Assembly (NCBI GenBank): GCA_913057135.1
Contig: CAJXNM010000005.1
Coordinates: 14,351 to 78,350, forward strand
Origin: an uncultured Halieaceae bacterium
GTDB taxonomy: Bacteria; Pseudomonadota; Gammaproteobacteria; Pseudomonadales; Halieaceae
DNA length: 64,000 nucleotides
Direction: 5' to 3'
Below, piece after piece: positions 30,584 to 41,250 of this stretch; within the stretch, counting starts at the first letter, position 1, and each line of letters begins with the position of its first letter. The notes beneath the pieces were generated by a model that worked only from the letters and a program-made list of their open reading frames with translations, was not told where the DNA came from and did no database searches. A program made the translations under genes and the position numbers.

Positions 30584-30651
30584 GGCTATTGAGCGTATAA
30601 GTCACTGTAAGCGCTGGTTTTGTGCGCTAACGCACACCCCTGCCCTGCTCA

Positions 30652-32577
30652 CTAGCCCTCTGCTGCCACACGACCACGACGCGCCACAGCGTCAGTCAGG
30701 TGTAACTTGAAATCCTGCTGTGACATGACACCTAAATCCTTGCCATGACGCGCCCGCACGGCCACCGAATCAGACGCCATCTCCTGGTCACCGACAACAA
30801 CAATGAAGGGCACTTTGCCAATTTCGTGCTCGCGGATCTTAAAACCAATCTTTTCGTTGCGAAGATCGGCGGTAGCGCGGAAACCCGACTCCACAAGTTG
30901 CTGAACAACAGCCTCGGCATAAGCCGCCTGACGGTCGGTGATAGGCGCCACAACCACCTGCTGGGGCGCCAACCAAACCGGGAACTCCCCCTCATAGTGT
31001 TCAATCAAAATGCCAATAAAGCGCTCGAAGGAGCCCAGCACGGCCCGGTGCAACATGACCGGTACTTGCCGGCTGCCATCCTCGGCCACGTACTGCGCAT
31101 CGAGCCGCCCGGGCATCGAGAAGTCCACTTGAATGGTGCCCAACTGCCAAACGCGACCGATGCAGTCTTTTAGCGAAAATTCAATTTTTGGACCGTAGAA
31201 GGCGCCCTCACCCGGCAGCTCTTCCCAGGGTAAACCTTTGATGTTGAGCGCCTCCGCTAACGCCATCTCAGCCCGATCCCAGTCCGCATCGCTGCCTACT
31301 CGCTGCTCTGGCCGAGTCGATAAGCGGTAAATCACCTCATCAAAACCAAAATCAGCATAGACATCGTGAAGCATATCGATAAACGCGGCCACCTCGGGCT
31401 GGATCTGCTCGTCGGTGCAGAAAATATGGGCATCGTCCTGGGTGAAACCGCGCACCCGCATAATGCCGTGCAGCGACCCAGAGGGTTCATTGCGATGACA
31501 TGAGCCAAACTCAGCGAGTCGCAATGGCAAATCACGATAGGACTTCAGACCCTGATTGAATACCTGAACGTGACAGGGGCAATTCATGGGCTTCACTGCG
31601 AACTCACGCTCTTCACTGTGCAAAGTGAACATGCCATCGGCAAATTTGTCCGCATGACCCGAGCGCTGCCACAGGGAAATATCGACCACCTGTGGCGTTT
31701 TGATTTCGCGATAACCATAACGGCGCTGCTGGCCACGCATATAACTTTCAATCACTTGATAGATGGTCCAACCGGCTGGATGCCAGAACACCATCCCCGG
31801 GGCCTCTTCCTGGGTGTGGAATAAGTCCAATTTTTTAGCGATCTTGCGATGATCTCGCTTCTCAGCTTCAGCCAAGCGATTCAGGTAGGCCTTAAGGGCC
31901 TTCTTGTTGGGCCATGCCGTGCCGTAGATGCGCTGCAGCTGCTGGTTAGTCGCGTCACCACGCCAGTAGGCGCCGGCTACTTTAGTGAGCTTAAAGGCTT
32001 TCAATTTACCGGTGCTGGGCACATGGGGCCCACGGCACAGATCCATCCACTCCCCCTGCTTGTAGATCGATATCTCTTCAGCGTCGGGTAACTCTTCAAT
32101 GATTTGTACTTTGAAGTACTCACCTTTATTGCGGAAAAGCTCAACCGCCTCCTCTCGAGAGCACACCATTCGCTCTACGGCCAAATCCTGCTCCGCCAGC
32201 TCGGTCATGCGCTGCTCAATCTTCTCCAGATCTTCCGGGGTGAACCGATGGCCCGAAGCGAAGTCATAATAGAAGCCGTCTTCAACCGTGGGACCGATGG
32301 TAACTTGAGTGCCTGGAAATAGCTGCTGCACCGCCTGCGCCAGCAAATGTGCTGTGGAATGGCGCAAAATCTCAAGGCCGGCGTCATCGCGCTCGGTCAC
32401 AATACTTAGCTGCGCGTCGTTATCGATCTTAAAGCTGGTGTCGACCTCTCGACCATCGACAACACCAGCCAATGCCGCTTTGGCGAGACCGGGGCCAATA
32501 TCGAGCGCCACCTCGTGAACGGAAACAGGGGCTGAGAATTGGCGTTGCGAACCATCGGGCAGGGTAATTACGGGCAT
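30652..32577 (-). CDS. thrS: Threonine--tRNA ligase
   Basis: [14 protein letters not shown]... (TGS domain), the editing domain, the class II core ([28 protein letters not shown]) and the anticodon-binding domain. I used the ATG at 32577, which gives 641 aa. Confidence 0.95.
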   Translation of the reverse strand: MPVITLPDGSQRQFSAPVSVHEVALDIGPGLAKAALAGVVDGREVDTSFKIDNDAQLSIVTERDDAGLEILRHSTAHLLAQAVQQLFPGTQVTIGPTVEDGFYYDFASGHRFTPEDLEKIEQRMTELAEQDLAVERMVCSREEAVELFRNKGEYFKVQIIEELPDAEEISIYKQGEWMDLCRGPHVPSTGKLKAFKLTKVAGAYWRGDATNQQLQRIYGTAWPNKKALKAYLNRLAEAEKRDHRKIAKKLDLFHTQEEAPGMVFWHPAGWTIYQVIESYMRGQQRRYGYREIKTPQVVDISLWQRSGHADKFADGMFTLHSEEREFAVKPMNCPCHVQVFNQGLKSYRDLPLRLAEFGSCHRNEPSGSLHGIMRVRGFTQDDAHIFCTDEQIQPEVAAFIDMLHDVYADFGFDEVIYRLSTRPEQRVGSDADWDRAEMALAEALNIKGLPWEELPGEGAFYGPKIEFSLKDCIGRVWQLGTIQVDFSMPGRLDAQYVAEDGSRQVPVMLHRAVLGSFERFIGILIEHYEGEFPVWLAPQQVVVAPITDRQAAYAEAVVQQLVESGFRATADLRNEKIGFKIREHEIGKVPFIVVVGDQEMASDSVAVRARHGKDLGVMSQQDFKLHLTDAVARRGRVAAEG

Positions 32578-32797
32578 ATTGACTCCTCGATTACAGTGGC
32601 GACCCCTACCAAGGGCCGCGTGGGCGGCGCGTATGTTGGCAGAGCCGCCAACAAAAAACAAAAACGGATCAGTCGCGTGCATGTTTATCGGTCACAGAGC
32701 GCCAAATCGCTGCGAGTAATTCACGGTTTAACAGCGCTAGTCTGTGGCAGACTGAGGTTGAGCGATCGGTGCTCTGGAGTTGGCGGGTGACTGAGGC

Positions 32798-33493
32798 ATG
32801 AAACAACGCATAGCAATCGTTGAAGATGAGCCGGCTCTCGCGGACGGGTACCGTGAGCTACTGACTCGTCATGGCTATGATGTTGCCGTTTACGGTTCAG
32901 CGAACGTCGCGCGCCGCGGCCTCAAAGAGCAACCACCCAATCTGGTATTACTGGATATTGGTCTCGGGCATGACACTGAAGCGGGGTTCGATTTATGCCG
33001 AGAACTGCGCACCGCTCAGCCAACACTTCCCATTGTATTTCTCACCGCAAGAGACCAAGAAATCGATATCGTGTCCGGTCTCAGACTAGGCGCGGACGAC
33101 TATCTCACCAAGGACATATCCCAGGTTCATCTGTTAGCCAGGGTCACAGCGTTACTGCGTCGGGTGGCCGCATTAACAACCGCTGAGCGAGAGGAGCAGA
33201 TACTTCGTCGAGGGGAGCTCGAAATCAATACCGATCGACTCACAGTGGTTTGGCAGCAACACCCAGTTGATCTCACCTATACCGAGTTTTGGATGCTGCA
33301 TGCACTAGCGCGGCACCCGGGACACATTAAGAACCGGCAACAACTGATGGACGCCGCCAACGTTGTACTCGATGACAGCACCATAACCTCCCATGTGCGC
33401 CGAATCCGCCGTAAGTTTGAAGCGGTTGATCCAACATTTACCTGTATTGAGACCGCCTACGGTTTGGGTTATCGATGGCAACCTGAACCGTGA
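32798..33493 (+). CDS. OmpR/PhoB-family response regulator
   Basis: REC domain (RIAIVEDEP...VLLDIGLG...FLTARD) plus a winged-helix domain (LTYTEFWMLHALARHPGHIKNRQQLMD...YGLGYRW). Confidence 0.9.
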   Translation: MKQRIAIVEDEPALADGYRELLTRHGYDVAVYGSANVARRGLKEQPPNLVLLDIGLGHDTEAGFDLCRELRTAQPTLPIVFLTARDQEIDIVSGLRLGADDYLTKDISQVHLLARVTALLRRVAALTTAEREEQILRRGELEINTDRLTVVWQQHPVDLTYTEFWMLHALARHPGHIKNRQQLMDAANVVLDDSTITSHVRRIRRKFEAVDPTFTCIETAYGLGYRWQPEP

Positions 33494-35469
33494 AATTGCG
33501 ACTACAACTGGCTCTGGTTGCCTGCTCACTATTGGCAATACCTTGGACTATCGTCCGCTTTTTATCTGCCAATGAAACTGCGCTAGTGGCCTTACAACAG
33601 CAAATACTCGAGCAGCGGGCGCTTGGTTTAGCGCAACAGCTAAGTAGTCAGCTTGAATTGCTTTACCCCGACCCAAGGCGTTTGCAGCTATCTGATGGGC
33701 GCAATGATCTGGCGGCAACGGCCTTGGCGGCAGCACCCATTGTCGATGGTTATTTCGACGACTGGGAACGGCCCAACTGGCACAATTTGGCCGATGAGCG
33801 ACGACCCCTTCGCGTGGCACTGGGGGTGCACCGAGACCGTCTGTACATGGTCATTACGATTGCCGATCGCACTAAGCGGTACCGCCGCGAGCCCGCCCTT
33901 CGGTATGGCGACGGCGATCACTTGGTAGTACAGGTTAAACCCGGCAACACCCCCACTGATTATGCTATCGCACCGGCAGCGCCAGGCTTCTTCAGCGTGC
34001 TGGGTACATCGGGGCAACAGGCCGTTAACATGAGCGAGCGGGCGCCCTCGGCAAACGCCGAACGGCAGGGACAGGGGCACACGCTGCAAGGCGCATGGGT
34101 AGAATTTGCCGAGGGTTATCAGCTGGAACTGTCGCTACCCCTCGAGGCGGTGGGCTATCAGCTGGGTCTGACTTACCTCGATGTCGATGAGGGGGGCTTT
34201 AGTACGAGAGGTAATACCCCATCTTCCTCGGCGGGGGACTTACCCTGGCTCAGTTACCCCTCTGAAGCATTACAAGCCTGGTTCAACAAACAGATCTCAG
34301 GAACCGCAGGCGCTCAGATCTACGACCGGTGGGGTGCTCTCCTTATAAGCCGCAATGCTCGCAGTGCTTCAGAGGTCGACACAGAGCTACACACGCAGCA
34401 GCACCGTGGTGATGAGCTTATCGATCGCTTCGTAACACCCATCGAATCACCCAATGGCATTGTAGGTGCCGTGGCGATAGAAGAAACCCGAGCCAACACT
34501 TTGTCAGTCAATGGGGCCGCCGTGCAAACTCTGCTGATTCATGGTGGCGCCGCGGTACTGCTATCACTGCTCGCGTTGTTTGGTTTCGCAGGGCTGATCA
34601 GTTGGCGAGTCATCGAGTTGTCACGCAGGATCACACACCACGAATCGACGGCGTCACAACCACTAACACAATTCCGATGGCACGATGAGATTGATGCCCT
34701 CGCCCAGCAATTTCAAAAGCTGCTGGCGCAGCGAGACCAGACCGAGCAGTATTTGCGCGCACTACCTCGCACCCTAGCCCACGAAATTCGAACCCCCGTT
34801 GCCATCATTGGTAACAGCTTAGAGCAACTCCAGGGGCAGGCGCTGTCGACACAAGAGACGCAAACGGTTTTGGCGCGCACAGAGAGGGCCCTAAAGCGGC
34901 TGAGCAACATGCTGAGCGCCATGAACGAGGCCAATCGCCTGGAGTCAACGATAGCGGCTGATGAACGGCAATCCCTCGACCTGGTGGCACTGGTACGACA
35001 ATTAGCCGATGCCTATCAGCAGACCTTCCCGCCCTGGACAATACGTCTAGCAGAGTCCCCAGATACTGCGGTAGCCACTGTCGCCCCCGATGCCCTTGTG
35101 CAGGCTATCGATAAATTAGTGAGCAACGCCGTGTCCTTTGCCACGCCGCATACGATCATTGAACTGAACGTGGTGAGACGCGGGCTCTGGTGGCGTTTGT
35201 CCGTGGTGAATGTGGGTCCTGCCCTTCCAGACAATACCGATGGTTTATTCGCACCTATGGTATCGATAAGGGGTGGTGGAGAGGGCGATAGAGGGGGTGA
35301 TAGAGGGGGTGAAAGAGAGAGCAGCAACCCCGATACCCCAAGCCGGCATCACATGGGTCTGGGGCTCTACATTGTAAGTCTGGTCGCGCGCCAGCACGGG
35401 GGTGAACCATGGGCTCGCAACTTACCTGACCTCAATGCCGTGGAAGTCGGCTTTACCGTGCAGGCCTAA
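33490..35469 (+). CDS. Sensor histidine kinase with a large periplasmic domain
   Basis: TM1, a periplasmic domain of about 320 aa, TM2, a HisKA H-box (LAHEIRTPVA) and a HATPase with N-box (KLVSNAVSF) and G-box (GLGLYIV). The GTG at 33490 overlaps the regulator's stop (GTGA). Confidence 0.85.
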   Translation: MKLRLQLALVACSLLAIPWTIVRFLSANETALVALQQQILEQRALGLAQQLSSQLELLYPDPRRLQLSDGRNDLAATALAAAPIVDGYFDDWERPNWHNLADERRPLRVALGVHRDRLYMVITIADRTKRYRREPALRYGDGDHLVVQVKPGNTPTDYAIAPAAPGFFSVLGTSGQQAVNMSERAPSANAERQGQGHTLQGAWVEFAEGYQLELSLPLEAVGYQLGLTYLDVDEGGFSTRGNTPSSSAGDLPWLSYPSEALQAWFNKQISGTAGAQIYDRWGALLISRNARSASEVDTELHTQQHRGDELIDRFVTPIESPNGIVGAVAIEETRANTLSVNGAAVQTLLIHGGAAVLLSLLALFGFAGLISWRVIELSRRITHHESTASQPLTQFRWHDEIDALAQQFQKLLAQRDQTEQYLRALPRTLAHEIRTPVAIIGNSLEQLQGQALSTQETQTVLARTERALKRLSNMLSAMNEANRLESTIAADERQSLDLVALVRQLADAYQQTFPPWTIRLAESPDTAVATVAPDALVQAIDKLVSNAVSFATPHTIIELNVVRRGLWWRLSVVNVGPALPDNTDGLFAPMVSIRGGGEGDRGGDRGGERESSNPDTPSRHHMGLGLYIVSLVARQHGGEPWARNLPDLNAVEVGFTVQA

Positions 35470-35476
35470 ACCGTAC

Positions 35477-37504
35477 TCAACCCGCTGCTGCAAAAGCCAG
35501 TTGCTTTAACTCTGCCACCTGATCCCGAAGCTTGGCGGCTTCCTCGAACTCAAGATTTTTAGCATGGGCTAGCATCTGGGCCTCTAGCTGCTCAAGTTTA
35601 CGAGCCAGTGCTTTCGGCGACAGATTAGCCACCTCGGCGCTGTAGGCAGCCCGCTCCTCCGCTACTTTTCGATCTTTGGCGCTGCGGGCTTTAGTCGGCA
35701 TTCGACGGGCCCCCTCAAGGATGTCTTGAACGCTCTTCTCAATACCTTTCGGGGTAATACCGTTGGCCTCGTTGAAGGCAACCTGACGCTCTCGACGGCG
35801 CTGGGTCTCGGCCATGGCCCGCTCCATAGAGCCGGTAATGTTATCCGCGTACAAAATGGCGCGCCCGCGCAAATGGCGTGCCGCTCGACCAATGGTTTGT
35901 ATCAGTGATCGATCCGAGCGCAAGAATCCTTCTTTGTCCGCATCTAGTATCGCCACAAGCGATACCTCTGGCATATCCAAGCCCTCTCGGAGCAAGTTAA
36001 TACCCACTAACACGTCGAAATTACCGAGCCTGAGATCGCGAATAATCTCCACTCGCTCGACGGTATCGATATCAGAATGCAGATAACGCACACGCACATC
36101 GTGTTCTGACAGGAACTCGGTGAGATCCTCCGCCATGCGCTTGGTGAGGGTGGTCACCAACACCCGATCACCCTCAGCGACCGTCAATCGTATCTCTGCC
36201 AGTAAATCATCGACCTGGGTGCGGGCCGGGCGAACCTCGACAACAGGGTCTACCAGACCTGTGGGTCGGACCACCTGCTCCACCGTACGTCCCGCATGCT
36301 CCAACTCGTAAGGGCCTGGGGTCGCCGAGACGTAAATAGCTTGGGGAACAATCGCCTCCCACTCTTCAAATTTCATGGGCCGGTTATCGAGGGCTGAGGG
36401 CAGTCGAAATCCATACTCCACAAGGGTCTCTTTGCGCGATCGATCGCCCCGATACATGGCTCCTATCTGGGGGATACTCACATGGGACTCATCAATCAAC
36501 ACAAGCGCATTGCTGGGCAAATATTCGAACAAGGTTGGCGGTGGCTCTCCGGGCGCCCGCCCCGAGAGATAGCGGGAGTAATTCTCGATACCCTGGCAAT
36601 AACCCAGCTCCCGGATCATTTCTAAATCGTACCGGGTACGCTGCTGGATACGCTGGGCCTCCAGCAGTTTATCCATTTCCTTGAACTGCTTAACACGCAG
36701 CTCTAACTCTTCCTCAATAAGGTCAACCGCACCGAGCATGGTGTCCCGGGATGCCACATAATGGGTTTTCGGGAAAATAGTGACCCGCGGCAGCTTTTCA
36801 GCAACCACGCCGGTTAAGGGGTCGAAGGTACAAATGTTTTCGATTTCCTCATCAAATAATTCAACACGCACTGCAAGCTCATCGGAGTCCGCAGGAAAGA
36901 TATCAATGACGTCACCGCGGACTCGGTACGTACCCCGCTTAAAATCAATATCGTTTCGGGTGTACTGCAACTCCGCCAACTGGCGCAGCACCCCTCGCTG
37001 ATCGATGATTTCACCCCGAGACAAGTGCATAACCATCTTGAAATAGGACTCGGGATCACCCAAACCGTAAATGGCCGACACGGTTGCCACCACTAAGCAA
37101 TCTTCACGCTCGAGCAGGGCTTTGGTTGCCGACAGGCGCATCTGCTCAATGTGATCGTTTACCTGGGCGTCTTTCTCAATGAACGTGTCAGAAGAGGGCA
37201 CGTAGGCTTCGGGTTGGTAGTAGTCGTAGTAAGAGACGAAGTACTCCACCGCGTTATTCGGAAAGAACTCTTTGAACTCGCCGTACAATTGGGCGGCCAA
37301 GGTTTTGTTATGAGCCATAACGATGGTTGGGCGCTGCAACTGCTGCACCGTATGGGCCATGGTGAAGGTCTTGCCCGAACCGGTAACACCCAACAAGATT
37401 TGTGATGCGAGTCCAGCCTGCACCCCCTCAACCAACTGCCGAATGGCCTCCGGCTGATCGCCGGCGGGTTCATAACTGGACTTCAACTGAAACTGACGGG
37501 CCAT
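35477..37504 (-). CDS. uvrB: Excinuclease ABC subunit B
   Basis: [21 protein letters not shown]...[12 protein letters not shown]...DESHV...the helicase motifs and the C-terminal UVR domain ([16 protein letters not shown]). I used the ATG at 37504. Confidence 0.95.
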   Translation of the reverse strand: MARQFQLKSSYEPAGDQPEAIRQLVEGVQAGLASQILLGVTGSGKTFTMAHTVQQLQRPTIVMAHNKTLAAQLYGEFKEFFPNNAVEYFVSYYDYYQPEAYVPSSDTFIEKDAQVNDHIEQMRLSATKALLEREDCLVVATVSAIYGLGDPESYFKMVMHLSRGEIIDQRGVLRQLAELQYTRNDIDFKRGTYRVRGDVIDIFPADSDELAVRVELFDEEIENICTFDPLTGVVAEKLPRVTIFPKTHYVASRDTMLGAVDLIEEELELRVKQFKEMDKLLEAQRIQQRTRYDLEMIRELGYCQGIENYSRYLSGRAPGEPPPTLFEYLPSNALVLIDESHVSIPQIGAMYRGDRSRKETLVEYGFRLPSALDNRPMKFEEWEAIVPQAIYVSATPGPYELEHAGRTVEQVVRPTGLVDPVVEVRPARTQVDDLLAEIRLTVAEGDRVLVTTLTKRMAEDLTEFLSEHDVRVRYLHSDIDTVERVEIIRDLRLGNFDVLVGINLLREGLDMPEVSLVAILDADKEGFLRSDRSLIQTIGRAARHLRGRAILYADNITGSMERAMAETQRRRERQVAFNEANGITPKGIEKSVQDILEGARRMPTKARSAKDRKVAEERAAYSAEVANLSPKALARKLEQLEAQMLAHAKNLEFEEAAKLRDQVAELKQLAFAAAG

Positions 37505-37618
37505 AATAGTCAAGGGTCGCAGATGGGCAGACGGAGTGTAGGCTAGAGATACGCAGGCACCCAGTATTGCGGTTTTGTGTGGGTTTTGCAGCCTAGGGCG
37601 CAAAATAGCTGTCGGGTC

Positions 37619-37647
37619 TTGACTTCAAAAAACCCTGTCTATATCGT
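37619..37647 (+). promoter_or_regulatory. Possible promoter for tRNA-Asn
   Basis: TTGACT at 37619-37624 is followed by a TATAT(C)/TATCGT -10-like stretch at 15-17 nt and a GC-rich discriminator. It lies about 30 nt upstream of the tRNA. Confidence 0.3.
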
Positions 37648-37676
37648 ACGCGCCTCTCGGAAACCCCGAGAACTAT

Positions 37677-37752
37677 TCCGCCTTAGCTCAGTTGGTAGAG
37701 CAAATGACTGTTAATCATTGGGTCGCTGGTTCGAGCCCAGCAGGCGGAGCCA
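37677..37752 (+). tRNA. tRNA-Asn (anticodon GTT)
   Basis: TCCGCCTTAGCTCAGTTGGTAGAGC...GACTGTTAATC...GGTTCGAGCCC...AGGCGGAGCCA. The acceptor stem TCCGCCT/AGGCGGA pairs perfectly. Confidence 0.92.
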
Positions 37753-37763
37753 ACTTTCAAAGA

Positions 37764-37798
37764 AAGCCTTGAGAATCCTCGATTCCCAAGGCTTTTTT
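37764..37798. terminator. Bidirectional rho-independent terminator (tRNA-Asn / ABC permease)
   Basis: AAGCCTTG-a-GAATC-ctc-GATTC-c-CAAGGCTT followed by TTTTT. It is also T-rich on the opposite strand. Confidence 0.7.
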
Positions 37799-37802
37799 GG
37801 TT

Positions 37803-38957
37803 TTAGAGCGCGTCAATGGAACGCTCCGATGCCAGATACCGACTTGCTAGCCACGCAAACACAAGCACGAGCACCAGGGTGAGTAGGGAAGCCACTATCG
37901 GCTCCTGTACCACCACAGACTCAGCCTTCAACATTTGCTCAAGAAACATGAATTGCCCAGTCACTGGCATCTGACGCAGCAGGTCGGGGGGCTCGGGTAC
38001 AAACATGAGGGTCATTGGGCCCAGAGCGGGAATGAGCATGACCATGGCCACCTGAGACTGGGCCTCCTTGAACGTCTTCGATAGATACCCAACCCAGAGG
38101 TTGATTGATCCGGCCAGCAATGCAAGCGGCAACATCACTACTAGGATGAGCACGAAATTGAGAGGCTCCAATGAGAAGGTCATGCCCACCTTTTCCAATT
38201 CCACCTGCCCCATTGCCAGTGCAGACAATGTGAGCGTTAACAGCACACCCAGCATAGCCACCAAAAAAATACCCACCAGCTTGGCCGACACAATATCGAA
38301 GGGTCGAACCGGCTGTATCAGAAGCATTTCCAAAACATTGCGCTCACGCTCTCCCGCTGACGTGTCGACCGCGGTTGATATGGCACTGATGAACGCCGCC
38401 ATCATCACATAGATGCCAATCATCATGGTCAGGCGACCTGCTGTATTACTCGCCGGAGCGGTATTTTGCTCACGCCATTGAATCGGCTGAACAAGTCGAG
38501 GATCGATACCACGCATAAGTAAGCGAACACCCGCCGTCGCGGAGGAGAATTGACGAAGACTATCCCGGGTACGGCCCAGCACAGGACGAACCGCATCGTC
38601 ATTCAAATCACCGCGCAAGATAATCTGGGTCTGCCGACCTTCCGCTATGGCGGCGGCAAAGTCTTCGTCAATGATCACCTCGAGCTTTGCCGTGGGCCGA
38701 TCCCCTTCCCCGCTCCAGTCGGCGACATCGAAAATCTGCGCGTCAGCAAGGGTCTCCATTAACCCAGGGGCTCTGTCGGCGTTGGTGACATCAATCCAGA
38801 CCGGTGAGACCGATGATGATTGGCTTATCGCAAAACCAACGCCCCCATAAATGATCAGTGGCGCTAAGAATGCAATGCCAAAACCCGATATCAGTGCTCG
38901 TTTATCTCGACTTATCTCCAATAACTCTTTGCGCAACAGGCCCAACCAAGCGTTCAT
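37803..38957 (-). CDS. ABC-2 type exporter permease (NatB-like)
   Basis: N-terminal TM, a large extracytoplasmic loop, then five C-terminal TM helices. The gene overlaps the ATPase gene by 4 nt. Confidence 0.75.
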   Translation of the reverse strand: MNAWLGLLRKELLEISRDKRALISGFGIAFLAPLIIYGGVGFAISQSSSVSPVWIDVTNADRAPGLMETLADAQIFDVADWSGEGDRPTAKLEVIIDEDFAAAIAEGRQTQIILRGDLNDDAVRPVLGRTRDSLRQFSSATAGVRLLMRGIDPRLVQPIQWREQNTAPASNTAGRLTMMIGIYVMMAAFISAISTAVDTSAGERERNVLEMLLIQPVRPFDIVSAKLVGIFLVAMLGVLLTLTLSALAMGQVELEKVGMTFSLEPLNFVLILVVMLPLALLAGSINLWVGYLSKTFKEAQSQVAMVMLIPALGPMTLMFVPEPPDLLRQMPVTGQFMFLEQMLKAESVVVQEPIVASLLTLVLVLVFAWLASRYLASERSIDAL

Positions 38958-39688
38958 GACGCGATTCCTTCTGTTGTGCCGATGATTTTCACAAACGCGT
39001 CCTCAAGGTTAGGCTCACCGGCCAACTCACACAGAGCTGCGGTCGTTCCCTCGGCAACCACTCTACCCCGGGCAACAATAACCACCTTGTCGCACAGGGC
39101 TGCCACCTCTTGCATGACATGACTGCTAAAGACCACACAGCGACCTGCCGCGCGCTGGGCTTTCAGGTAATCCCGTAAAATACGGGTTGCCATGACATCC
39201 AGCCCCCGGGAAGGCTCATCCAGCAAGATATGTTGAGGGCTGTGCACCAGACTAGCAGCCAAACCCACTTTCATTCGCTGCCCCTGGGAGAAGCCCTTTG
39301 TTCTTCGATCAATGATCTCCGACAGATCCAGCTCGCTCACTAGACGATCGATAGCAGCAGTGCGCTGTTTGGCGTCCAATCCGTGGAGGCTGGCGAAATA
39401 ATGAATGACTTCGCGGGTGGAAAGTCGCTCGTAAGTACCCAAACGATCCGGGAAAACACCCATTTGCTTTTTGGCGGCCACGGGATTTAGCCCAACATCG
39501 ACGCCCCCTAACGTGACGCCACCTGAATCCGGTTGTAACAAGCCATAGACGATACGAAGCAAAGTGGTCTTCCCCGCACCGTTGGGGCCAAGAATACCTG
39601 TTATCTGACCATCTTCAGCACTGAAGGTAGCGCCATCGAGGGCGCGAATAGCACCGAAACGTTTCGTTAAATCGCTTGCAATAATCAT
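38954..39688 (-). CDS. ABC transporter ATP-binding protein (NatA-like)
   Basis: Walker A GPNGAGKTT, signature FSQGQRMKVGLA and Walker B ILLDEPSRGLD. Confidence 0.9.
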   Translation of the reverse strand: MIIASDLTKRFGAIRALDGATFSAEDGQITGILGPNGAGKTTLLRIVYGLLQPDSGGVTLGGVDVGLNPVAAKKQMGVFPDRLGTYERLSTREVIHYFASLHGLDAKQRTAAIDRLVSELDLSEIIDRRTKGFSQGQRMKVGLAASLVHSPQHILLDEPSRGLDVMATRILRDYLKAQRAAGRCVVFSSHVMQEVAALCDKVVIVARGRVVAEGTTAALCELAGEPNLEDAFVKIIGTTEGIAS

Positions 39689-41133
39689 GGTGCTGTTCTC
39701 CCCTCCGCAGATACCGACAGGCTACCGAAGGTGTCTAATCGGAATCGCTGACGCGGCATTTCAGCTAGGCAAGCGGTGTTAACTGATTCGGTATCACCTG
39801 ACGCCAGAAACTCGGCGATGAGTTTTGCGCCACAATCCGAACCCGCGACAATGTGTGCTGATTCGGGCACAACAATGTGGCGAGCTCGCTGGAAAAGACG
39901 CTGCGCCGTATCACCATTGGACGGTGGTGTGACCGGGTCGGCCGCACCCGAAAGCAGGAGTGCAGGTTGATCGAATGGACCCGCGGTCATCCAGTCAAGA
40001 TCAGGGTCGAAACGCGGCATGAGTGGACAGGCCTCCCGCCACAGCCGATAGCTTGTGTCTGCACCAAATTCATTAACCCTATCTGTGCCGATTAACCCAG
40101 CGGTGAAGCGCGGGTAATCCTCATTGCAGACGATGGTCAGGTTCAGTAGCCAGTTAATGGTTTCCACATCTCCTACATTCACAGCCAAGGCTGCAATAGG
40201 CCGATAATTCCCTGCGGCGGTCTCGGACACCAAGAGCGGCATCAGTGATGTCGAGTCAGGCGCATAGAGCGATAAGCGCAGCAGCCCAATAAATTGCCCC
40301 GGCCATAGGCGAAGCTGTGTGTCCTCGCCAGTGGTCGGGTGAGGTATTGATGTCTCGATAGGGCGCTCATTGAGACGCGCCATGACCGTTTTAAAGTCAG
40401 CGCGCAAGTTGGGGAATGCTGCAGCGCAGGTCGCTATAGCCTCGCACTTATCAATGGCCCTACTGAATGAAGCGGCTGCACTTGCACCAAACAAACCGAT
40501 GGGGATTGACGGCGGCGCTATACCGTCTAGCACCACTAAATCGACAGACTGGCCCGCTAGCGCCAAATAGGCGAATGCCGCCCGGGACCCGTAACTGCCC
40601 CCGTAAATATCCACCTTATCGGCACCGAGCAACAGACGTACCTGCTCAAAATCCCTCACCGCATTAGCGGTAGTGAAGTGCGCAATCCCCTCGGGCAGCT
40701 GGGCGGCACAATCTGCCAGTAAGGCTTTATCGAACAGATCATAATTAGGCGCCAAGTCATCGCCCAGGTCGATATCACACGCCAAGGCCCCTGACCGGCC
40801 AGTGCCTCGCTGATCGATCAAGACGATATCGCGGTGACTGCGAACATCAGAAAACATATCTGCAACCAGACCGGCGATCGAGCTGGCAGCTTGCCCGGGA
40901 CCCCCCGCAAGAAAAAACAGGGGATTACGGCCACTCGAGGGGTTGAAGGACGGCAGCACAACAAACCCTATCTCAATGTTTTCACCGTCTTTTGGGTCGC
41001 TGTAATCGAGGGGCACAGACACCGAGCCACATTCAACCGCACTGGTAATCGTATCGACATGGCAGGGTGTGGTTATCTCTGCCGCTTGAGCATGGAGCGC
41101 AATCATGCCAAGTACAGCTATCAGGTATTTCAC
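39685..41133 (-). CDS. Secreted alpha/beta hydrolase (tripeptidyl-aminopeptidase/TAP-like)
   Basis: Signal peptide KYLIAVLGMIALHAQA, nucleophile elbow GGSYGS and a TAP-like C-terminal part (LLLSGAADPVTPP...HIV). The GTG at 41133 has a GAGGTG Shine-Dalgarno. The ORF-track upstream extension to 41406 is unlikely to be coding. Confidence 0.7.
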   Translation of the reverse strand: MKYLIAVLGMIALHAQAAEITTPCHVDTITSAVECGSVSVPLDYSDPKDGENIEIGFVVLPSFNPSSGRNPLFFLAGGPGQAASSIAGLVADMFSDVRSHRDIVLIDQRGTGRSGALACDIDLGDDLAPNYDLFDKALLADCAAQLPEGIAHFTTANAVRDFEQVRLLLGADKVDIYGGSYGSRAAFAYLALAGQSVDLVVLDGIAPPSIPIGLFGASAAASFSRAIDKCEAIATCAAAFPNLRADFKTVMARLNERPIETSIPHPTTGEDTQLRLWPGQFIGLLRLSLYAPDSTSLMPLLVSETAAGNYRPIAALAVNVGDVETINWLLNLTIVCNEDYPRFTAGLIGTDRVNEFGADTSYRLWREACPLMPRFDPDLDWMTAGPFDQPALLLSGAADPVTPPSNGDTAQRLFQRARHIVVPESAHIVAGSDCGAKLIAEFLASGDTESVNTACLAEMPRQRFRLDTFGSLSVSAEGRTAP

Positions 41134-41250
41134 AGTCACCTCAACTCTTCGAAGGGAAATCACCACAACCGCTTTACACTGACAGCGGTGGCATTTTGTT
41201 GGCAACCCAAGCGACAAAGGGCGACACTCTACGCTTGACTCATACCCAAG

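Noticed and set aside
32578-32797. A thrS leader as a tRNA-Thr-mimic operator, as in E. coli.
   Set aside because: Small hairpins exist (agtctg-cca-cagact and gttggc...gccaac), but none presents a clear Thr anticodon-like loop. This is not supportable by eye.
32798-35469. Whether the OmpR-type regulator and the large-periplasmic-domain kinase belong to a known dedicated system. I had a vague recollection of sortase-associated two-component pairs in marine proteobacteria.
   Set aside because: No sortase or LPXTG-type target gene is present in the window, and I cannot verify the family assignment from sequence alone, so I make no claim.
37505-37620. I looked for a LexA/SOS box (CTGT-N8-ACAG) upstream of uvrB.
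   Set aside because: I found no acceptable match on either strand. The nearest, ctgtctatatcgtacg, lacks the 3' CAG and sits in the tRNA-Asn promoter region.
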